DNA of 64,000 bases from Candidatus Hermodarchaeota archaeon (GTDB taxonomy: Archaea; Asgardarchaeota; Lokiarchaeia; Sigyniarchaeales; SOKP01): NCBI GenBank assembly GCA_048885525.1, contig JBHLLP010000002.1, forward strand, positions 67,451-131,450, written 5' to 3'. Shown piece after piece: positions 57,641 to 64,000 of the stretch (the first letter of the stretch is position 1; each line of letters starts with the position of its first letter). Position numbers and translations under genes: made by a program. The notes below the pieces were generated by a model. The model saw only the letters and a program-made list of their open reading frames with translations. It did not search any database and was not told the DNA's origin.

Positions 57641-58765
57641 ATGGAAAAATTAAAAATTGGAATCATTGGATGCGGAATTATCTTTGATCTTAATATATTA
57701 GGTTATTTAGATCGCGATGATGTTGAGGTCACATGTCTATGCGATATTAAAAAAAGACATATTAAGGAGAAGATTGAGAAATTTAATCTAAAGTCTAACA
57801 TTAAGCAATATTACAATTATAAAGAAATGCTTGACAACGAAAAAATCGATATTCTAGAAATTTTATTACCTCAATTTTTACATTCTGAGGTGACTCTTTA
57901 TGCAGCTCAAAAAGATGTATTAGGAATAAGTGTACAGAAACCAATGGCAAACTCTATAAAAGACTGTGATAAAATGATAAATGCTTGTAAGAAGAATAAT
58001 GTAAAGCTAAAAATCTTTGAAAACTTCACTTTTTATCCACCAATTATCAGAGCGAAAGAATTATTAGAAGAAGGAATTATTGGGGAAGTGAATTCAATTC
58101 ATATTAAAACTCTTGAAGCAACTAAAGGGGGATGGGATATATCTACTACTACTTGGATATGGAGGTTAGATCCAAAATTGTGTGGAGGTGGATTGGAATG
58201 TGGATCGGCTTTTATATTTGATGATGGATTCCATAAATTTTGGTTAGCTTTGCATTTAATTGGGGCGAAAATTGAAAAAGTCTATGCATGGATTGACAGA
58301 TTTAATAATTTGGATGTTCCTGCTTATATAATGTGGAAGTACTCCCCTCCAATGGATTCAGATTTTTTTGTACCTACATATGGAAGTATGGAGTTTAATT
58401 ATTCTCCCCACATGACTTTACCTAGTCCTTATTATCCTGAAGATGAATTTATATCTATTACTGGGTCAGATGGAATTATGTGGATAAATCAAGCAACTGC
58501 GGGAGGTAATATTATGTCTAAATCAGAAACTTTTCCTGCAATTGTTATCTTCCGAGATGGAAAATTAGAGACCATTTCAGATATAGAACGAGATTGGAAG
58601 TATGGATTTATAAATTCTACTCACCACTTCATTGAAGCCCTAAAAAGCAATGGAGATCCAATATTATCAGGTGAAGAAGGAAAATATACTACACAATTTG
58701 CTTTAGCAGCTTTGAAGTCATCTATAGTTGGAAAGGAAATCAACCCAAGCAATATTAGTGAATAA
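57641..58765 (+). CDS. Gfo/Idh/MocA-family NAD(P)-dependent oxidoreductase
   Basis: LKIGIIGCGIIFD Rossmann start and EKPMA-like QKPMANS. Confidence 0.8.
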   Translation: MEKLKIGIIGCGIIFDLNILGYLDRDDVEVTCLCDIKKRHIKEKIEKFNLKSNIKQYYNYKEMLDNEKIDILEILLPQFLHSEVTLYAAQKDVLGISVQKPMANSIKDCDKMINACKKNNVKLKIFENFTFYPPIIRAKELLEEGIIGEVNSIHIKTLEATKGGWDISTTTWIWRLDPKLCGGGLECGSAFIFDDGFHKFWLALHLIGAKIEKVYAWIDRFNNLDVPAYIMWKYSPPMDSDFFVPTYGSMEFNYSPHMTLPSPYYPEDEFISITGSDGIMWINQATAGGNIMSKSETFPAIVIFRDGKLETISDIERDWKYGFINSTHHFIEALKSNGDPILSGEEGKYTTQFALAALKSSIVGKEINPSNISE

Positions 58766-58793
58766 TAAATATTTCGTTTTTAATGCAAGAATT

Positions 58794-59249
58794 TTACGAT
58801 TCTTTTTCACGATCTCTTATAAATTTCTTTACAGGACGAAATATTAAATAATGCCCTTGTTGGTAAGTTTTTGTTCCATGTACAACTTTACCCAGCTTCG
58901 AACCAAAATAATACCAAAATAAATATGAAATGAATAAAAAACATGCAATAATTTCCATACCATCTTGGTGAGTAATTTGGAAATCAATTCCGAATACTAT
59001 AAAAGAATTCCATAAAAAATATCTACCACCTTCGATTTGTGGGATATTTACCCAAGGGAGGAAATTTAACCATGACATATCAATGATATTAAAAAAAATT
59101 AAACTATCAATAGTCCACAGTACCAAGAGGAAAATTACTGCTAAAAAAACTATCCAATCTTTATTCCGTTTACGTAAATATTTTCGATATAAGTAGGAAT
59201 TTATCCAACCAACAATAAAACTCAGAATTAATCCTTCTACAAAACCCAT
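58794..59249 (-). CDS. Hypothetical membrane protein
   Basis: 4 hydrophobic segments. Its start abuts the stop of the upstream SDR gene (0-nt gap). Confidence 0.5.
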   Translation of the reverse strand: MGFVEGLILSFIVGWINSYLYRKYLRKRNKDWIVFLAVIFLLVLWTIDSLIFFNIIDMSWLNFLPWVNIPQIEGGRYFLWNSFIVFGIDFQITHQDGMEIIACFLFISYLFWYYFGSKLGKVVHGTKTYQQGHYLIFRPVKKFIRDREKES

Positions 59250-60389
59250 TTAATTTTCACTCTCCAACCATTTTTTTTTAAGATACCATTCAACAGTATC
59301 TTTAGTAGCGCTTTTATAATCTGGAAACTTAAAGTTAAAACCTAAATCTTTAACTTTTTTATTAGAAAATAGATATTGATGAGTGGTATAACCCGCCATA
59401 GATAAATCAACAGGGGGTCTTGAGTTCAATTTTTTCGCCTTTTTATTTTTCCTTTCATTTAGCCAGTAAAGAAATTTCGAGAAAATCTTATAAAATGGCC
59501 ACCACACGGGAAAATTGAAGTAATCAACATTTAGTAAATCTGCTAAATATTCAAGAAAATCTTCTTGAAAGCACGTATCTAAGATAAGATTATAAGCTTC
59601 ACCTATTGATTGGTCATTTTCTGCTAAAAATATAGCCGATCTAACTAAATCTTCAACGTGAATTAAAGGCATGGCTAAACGTTTCTTTTTAGGGTAGATA
59701 TGAATGCCAGGTCCAAATCCTGACTTATTAACTATCTGCATTATATGAAAAACCCCATAGATTTGATATGGTCCCATTATAGGTGCAGGTCGTATAATCG
59801 TAGCTTTTAATCGATAATCATTAATATATTCATTTAAAACTTGTTCTTGTTCCATTTTACTAATACTATAATTGTTTGGTGGGTTATAAGGTGCTATTTC
59901 ATCCGTAGGAAGAGGATAGCCTTTCTTACTTTTTTGATACTTTGGTTCTCCGTAAATACCACAGGTACTCCAGTGAATAAGTCGTAGTTTATTTAAATCT
60001 TGTGTTGTACATATAATTTCAAGCAAATTTTGTATACCTCCTACGTTTATTTTTCTTAAAAGATCTAGTTCAGCAAAATAATCATACAAGCTAGCCACAT
60101 GGAAAACGATATCATATTGCTTGTCTTGAAATAAATTAATAAGTGTCCTTTTATCAGTTAAATCAGCTGGGATAAATGAAATTCTTTTATTTTCTAATAT
60201 TTCAGTCATATACTTAAATCTACTACTAAAGATTGTCTCCTTCGCCATTAATTCATTTCTTTTATCAGGTGGTAAATCTGTGGCTATTATATTCCAATCT
60301 GGTTTTGTTTCTAATATTTCTTTTATAAGGAATGTTCCAGTATGCCCTTTTGCGCCATCAACTAACACTAATTTACTCATTTTTATCAT
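59250..60389 (-). CDS. Extended SDR: NAD-dependent epimerase/dehydratase (3-beta-HSD-like) family protein
   Basis: VDGAKGHTGTFL glycine-rich site, DIVFHVAS and the YSISK (YxxxK) catalytic motif. Confidence 0.75.
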   Translation of the reverse strand: MIKMSKLVLVDGAKGHTGTFLIKEILETKPDWNIIATDLPPDKRNELMAKETIFSSRFKYMTEILENKRISFIPADLTDKRTLINLFQDKQYDIVFHVASLYDYFAELDLLRKINVGGIQNLLEIICTTQDLNKLRLIHWSTCGIYGEPKYQKSKKGYPLPTDEIAPYNPPNNYSISKMEQEQVLNEYINDYRLKATIIRPAPIMGPYQIYGVFHIMQIVNKSGFGPGIHIYPKKKRLAMPLIHVEDLVRSAIFLAENDQSIGEAYNLILDTCFQEDFLEYLADLLNVDYFNFPVWWPFYKIFSKFLYWLNERKNKKAKKLNSRPPVDLSMAGYTTHQYLFSNKKVKDLGFNFKFPDYKSATKDTVEWYLKKKWLESEN

Positions 60390-60422
60390 TTTAAAGAATT
60401 AATTTAATCTTTTTTATTTTGT

Positions 60423-60884
60423 TTAAATATGTACAACATACTCACAAATCTTATCACCTGCACCTATTGATTTCAACATCTCAGCCTTAACAGGCTTTTT
60501 AAGCAATGTTTTGAAAATTGTTTTTACCCAACCTAAAGAGCAATAACAAAATGTACTATTTAAGTCTATTAATTTGTTTCTAACAAGAGGACAACCGCAT
60601 TCATTACACATAGATCTAATGAAATTGCCTTTTAAATTCCATTTACCGCACCACGGAATTTGAATATTGATTTTCTCAATAATTTCTTCAATAGAAGTCG
60701 TTTCTTCAGAAATTTTTTTGGCAATTTCAAAACTTCCTGCTATTGCACACGCTTCTCCACTTTTTTCCATTATTTTCCTTCTTTCTAATATACTTAATTC
60801 TTCCATACCATTAATAATAGAATTTATAACTCTACTAGACCTCTCTAATAATGCTTTTTTACTGTTATATTTGTTAAACATCAA
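60423..60884 (-). CDS. Hypothetical Cys-rich protein
   Basis: CNECGCPLV...FCYCSLGW...GAGDKICEYVV. Family not identified. Confidence 0.4.
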   Translation of the reverse strand: MMFNKYNSKKALLERSSRVINSIINGMEELSILERRKIMEKSGEACAIAGSFEIAKKISEETTSIEEIIEKINIQIPWCGKWNLKGNFIRSMCNECGCPLVRNKLIDLNSTFCYCSLGWVKTIFKTLLKKPVKAEMLKSIGAGDKICEYVVHI

Positions 60885-61034
60885 TTATTCAGCCTCTCTC
60901 TTGAATTTTAAATCATTAATGATTATAACATTTGGTATTTTAATCTATGAAGATTTTGATTTAATGATTTAATTATAAATAATTCATAGAGTTAAAAAAA
61001 ATCTACTTTCATGCCATTATTCCTATTGAATTTA

Positions 61035-61073
61035 AGATATATTATCGTAGTATTATATCGATATATTATATCG
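61035..61073. repeat. Three tandem 13-nt repeats (AGATATATTATCG / TAGTATTATATCG / ATATATTATATCG)
   Basis: Read directly. The TATCG ends fall at 61047, 61060 and 61073, an exact 13-nt period, 67 nt upstream of the RHH ORF. Confidence 0.75.
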
Positions 61074-61139
61074 TTAAATTGTGTAAATTATAACAAAAAC
61101 AATAAGTTTAGAATATTAAAAGGGGTTTTATAAAAAAAA

Positions 61140-61298
61140 ATGAAATTAATAACGTGTCATATTCCCGAAGCGTATCTAAGTGGAATAGAAGAGTTAGTTA
61201 ACATGAACCTTTATCCCAATCGTTCAGAAGTAATTCGTGTTGCTATACGTGATTTACTGAAAACTGAACTCAGTTCGCTTTTGAGAAAAAAGGAATAA
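61140..61298 (+). CDS. Ribbon-helix-helix (CopG/NikR-N-like) DNA-binding protein, 52 aa (absent from the ORF track)
   Basis: MKLITCHIPEAYLSGIEELVNMNLYPNRSEVIRVAIRDLLKTELSSLLRKKE has a beta-strand and the YPNRSEVIRxAIRDLL signature typical of RHH regulators. Confidence 0.7.
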   Translation: MKLITCHIPEAYLSGIEELVNMNLYPNRSEVIRVAIRDLLKTELSSLLRKKE

Positions 61299-61408
61299 AT
61301 TACCCTTTTTTTCTCCTTTCTTTTTCATAATACTTGGGATTAAAGTGATATTTAGAGTTTTTAATTTCCCTTTTGAGTGACTGTATACTTTTCCTACTTA
61401 CAGTTTAT

Positions 61409-62242
61409 TCATAAAATTGCTAGACTAAATGCCATAATAAGCATCCCAATAATAATACCTATTATTGAGTAATGCTCTTTAGCTAGTGAACGTGAGATGG
61501 GCAATAATTCATCTAATGAGATATAAACCATTATTCCGCCAACAGCACCTAACATAGCATTTAATACATAATCATTGATAAAGGGAAAAAGAATCAACCA
61601 TGTTATTATTGCCCCTAAGGGTTCGCTCATTCCTGATATAAAGGACCATTTAAAAGCTTTCTTCTTATTTAAAGTGCAAGCATAAATCGGAACTGCAACA
61701 GCAATTCCTTCCGGTATATTATGTAAAGCTATGGCTAAAGTGAGCAAAACTCCAAGTTGAACATGGGTTAATGTCCCTATGAACGTTGCCATACCCTCTG
61801 GAAAATTATGGATAAAAACTCCAAAGAATATAAATATTGAACTCTTTACCAGGTTAACTTCTTTTTTTTCTCCATGATGTTGATGACGATGTCTATGACG
61901 ATGCCCATAATGAAGATGTGGTTTAGTCTGGCCATTAGCATTTATCAAAATTTCAATTGAGTCTTCAAACTCATATTCATGGGAAACTACAACATCAATG
62001 ATAAACATTATTAGCATCCCTATGAAGAAAAATAAAAGTCCCATTTCGAAACCAATAGTTTCTATGCTCTCTGGGAGTAATTCAACAAAAGAAATTAAGA
62101 TCATAACTCCTGCGGAGAATCCCATAATAAATGATATAAATTTTGGACTTGGTTTTTTAATAAAAAATGCAAGAAAACTGCCAATTGAGGTAGATAAACC
62201 TGCAATGAAACTTAACAATAAACCAAGTATTATAAGTTCCAT
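61409..62242 (-). CDS. zupT: ZIP-family divalent metal (zinc) transporter
   Basis: HNFPEGMATF and HNIPEGIAVAVP motifs, plus the His-rich loop HLHYGHRHRHRHQHHG. Confidence 0.85.
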   Translation of the reverse strand: MELIILGLLLSFIAGLSTSIGSFLAFFIKKPSPKFISFIMGFSAGVMILISFVELLPESIETIGFEMGLLFFFIGMLIMFIIDVVVSHEYEFEDSIEILINANGQTKPHLHYGHRHRHRHQHHGEKKEVNLVKSSIFIFFGVFIHNFPEGMATFIGTLTHVQLGVLLTLAIALHNIPEGIAVAVPIYACTLNKKKAFKWSFISGMSEPLGAIITWLILFPFINDYVLNAMLGAVGGIMVYISLDELLPISRSLAKEHYSIIGIIIGMLIMAFSLAIL

Positions 62243-62621
62243 TTTTTGTCCCTATCCTTATTTTATATAACTAAATGATTATTTGGGAATGAAAAACGAT
62301 ATATATTAATAATTCTTCAAACATTTTTATTCTTATATCAATAATATTTTACTTTTTATAATTAAAAGAATATATTATTTAGCCTTATCTAAATGGAAAA
62401 AAAATTCTTCATATTTAAAGATTATGAGAAGTATATTTATAAATCTAAGAAATAAAATTGTTGAAATTAATAATATACGTAAAGATTCTTCATATAGAAT
62501 CAGAAAAGTATACAATTGAATCTCGATCGTAAAAAAATTCTTAGTTGTAAATATTGCTTGATATTATAATAATAATTATTCATTTTCTTAAATAAGTATA
62601 TTAATTATATTGTGATTTATT

Positions 62622-63122
62622 ATGAAAAAAGTGAGTGATGCCGATAAATTGTTCTATTTTGAAAAGAACTTCTTTACTATGGATGGTGTGTGGATGCTAG
62701 AAACTGAAAAAGTGGTAGGTTGGGATGTTGCTCTTGAAATCGATAGAAATGTTTGGGTAAGGCTCATGAGAATTATATTCAGAAGAATTAAACAATATTT
62801 AAATATTCAAACAAATAACCTAAATGATCTAGTGGAAATCATCACGTTTAGATGGTCTATAGAAGGATGGAAATATTTTGTTAATACTATTTCTGATTCA
62901 GAAGTTGTTATTGAAATAAAAGAATGCCCTTATAAAGCAATTATGGACAGAAATCCAGAGCGGCAAGATAGAATACCCTTAATATGTAAAAATATGTGTT
63001 TCCCTTTTTATAATGCAGCTTTTAAAGAATTCAATCCAAAAATAAAATTTGAAAGAAAAAAGTCAATGGGTTTAGGAGATAATAAGTGTGATTTTTGTTT
63101 TAAATTAGTTGGTGATTCTTAA
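62622..63122 (+). CDS. Hypothetical protein, possibly ATC-hydrolase-like (L-2-amino-thiazoline-4-carboxylate hydrolase family)
   Basis: MDGVWMLE...ECPY...C-terminal GLGDNKCDFCF resembles that family's tail. Low certainty. Confidence 0.35.
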   Translation: MKKVSDADKLFYFEKNFFTMDGVWMLETEKVVGWDVALEIDRNVWVRLMRIIFRRIKQYLNIQTNNLNDLVEIITFRWSIEGWKYFVNTISDSEVVIEIKECPYKAIMDRNPERQDRIPLICKNMCFPFYNAAFKEFNPKIKFERKKSMGLGDNKCDFCFKLVGDS

Positions 63123-63129
63123 ATTTAAA

Positions 63130-64000
63130 TTAATTATGATAAAGAGTTTCAAAGTGTTTAATCTGATTTCTTGTGTCTGAGATTATGAAATTCATTTCAT
63201 CCTCTGTCAATAGATACAATTCAAAAATCAAGCCATCAATTTCTCTTAGTACATCATAAAATTTTTTATTATTAATTCTGTTACGTCCATTTAATATGGT
63301 ATTTATTTTATCTACTTTTTCGACAATCTGGTGCTTAATACTTGAGTTAGGTTTAACGATTGGTAGATGTCTTATCATATATTGGTTCAAGTTAATAGTA
63401 GTATCCTTCTGATTATTAATTCCGTAGATACAATAAAAATGAATTAAACTCGAATTGAGAACAGCACATAAATATTTTAACTCATCATAATCGTTATGAA
63501 GTAATGAATAAATTGATGAAGTAAAGCAAACAACATCTTCTGTATAAATTGCTGCTGGAGTAATATTATTGTGTTTTATTAACAATTTTGGATTTTTATA
63601 GTATTCATAATTAACACCTTTTAAAGTCTTAGGATCTAAATCTTCAATATTAAATGATTTTATCTTTCTGAATTTATAATAATTAAAATCATTTCTAGCA
63701 CTGATAAAGAAGCAAGAACCATTTGTATCGTCTCTTAATTTTCTTTTTACTAATCTAAGTCCGTTTTCTTCTTCTCCTCGAATCATTTTTGGATAATCTA
63801 TAGGATTTAGATAATTTAAATCTCCGATCCGCTCAATCTTATCGATTATTGCATATATTTCCTCATTCGGTTTAATTCTAATCCGATTCAATTCAAACGT
63901 CTTTGATTTACAAAAAGGACACTTCTTCTTGAAAGTATATATATATAGTTTTTTAGATTTTACACTAATAGAACAATTTAAGTTAAAACAAATTCTTAAG
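63130..64000 (-). CDS. TaqI-like C-terminal specificity domain protein (restriction-modification related), N-terminus outside window
   Basis: LKYLCAVLNSSLIHFYCIYGIN...IRHLPIV resembles the TaqI_C / type IIG specificity module. The frame stays open upstream of the listed TTG (…CFNLNCSISVKSKKLYIYTFKKKCPFCKSKTFE…) to the window edge. Confidence 0.45.
   Translation of the reverse strand, partial: LRICFNLNCSISVKSKKLYIYTFKKKCPFCKSKTFELNRIRIKPNEEIYAIIDKIERIGDLNYLNPIDYPKMIRGEEENGLRLVKRKLRDDTNGSCFFISARNDFNYYKFRKIKSFNIEDLDPKTLKGVNYEYYKNPKLLIKHNNITPAAIYTEDVVCFTSSIYSLLHNDYDELKYLCAVLNSSLIHFYCIYGINNQKDTTINLNQYMIRHLPIVKPNSSIKHQIVEKVDKINTILNGRNRINNKKFYDVLREIDGLIFELYLLTEDEMNFIISDTRNQIKHFETLYHN

Noticed and set aside
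1-64000. CRISPR arrays, rRNA/tRNA genes, transposases/integrases, prophage blocks
   Set aside because: Scanning the gaps left by the ORF track and the ORF list by eye found no spaced direct-repeat arrays and no GC-rich 70-90 nt cloverleaf candidates. There were no transposase/integrase-like ORFs and no terminal inverted repeats. A tRNAscan, Infernal and ISfinder run would be needed to make this exclusion definitive.

Overview
Visibly AT-rich, gene-dense archaeal chromosomal segment. Archaeal identity rests on TBP, TFB, aIF1/SUI1, Lrp/AsnC and tightly coupled operons with GGTGA/GGAGG Shine-Dalgarno-like motifs; I cannot assign a lineage from sequence alone. I support about 60 protein-coding genes and found no rRNA, tRNA, CRISPR array or clear mobile element. 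Blocks in order: (1) a partial 2-hydroxyacyl-CoA-dehydratase-family gene; (2) a gamma-glutamyl-type trio (GCS2-like ligase, GGCT/AIG2, class-I GATase/C26-like); (3) a convergent MFS + opine-dehydrogenase-like + B12-binding-like set; (4) a 0.9-kb gap with no listed ORF, then tfb, a Lys-rich metallophosphoesterase and aIF1; (5) peroxiredoxin; (6) a four-gene glycan operon (GT4 fusion, GT4, GH130, GT4) downstream of an Lrp regulator; (7) TBP with small zinc-ribbon proteins; (8) a second dehydratase paralog; (9) a GH13 enzyme and a hexosamine/UDP-GlcNAc block (GlmU-like, LbH protein, GlmS, NagB-like, GlmM-like); (10) FAD oxidase + CCG Fe-S protein + FGGY kinase; (11) purC and purSQL; (12) a CBS membrane protein coupled to an unusual RGG/aromatic-rich membrane protein with two zinc ribbons; (13) assorted hydrolases and oxidoreductases; (14) PadR + Hsp20; (15) a ZIP transporter next to an RHH gene missing from the ORF track; (16) a partial TaqI_C-like gene at the 3' edge. 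Most noteworthy observations: (a) four loci where an SD-like GGTG(A) is followed 6-8 nt later by an in-frame ATT/ATA/ATC codon. Conserved protein N-termini, or a whole wHTH ORF, lie upstream of any ATG/GTG/TTG, suggesting non-canonical initiation or local indels. (b) The RGG-box / Trp-Tyr-Arg-Pro-rich membrane protein. (c) The opine-DH / B12-like / MFS and gamma-glutamyl clusters. (d) An in-frame TGA splitting a coiled-coil gene. All family calls come from motif recognition by eye; no database search or computation was possible.
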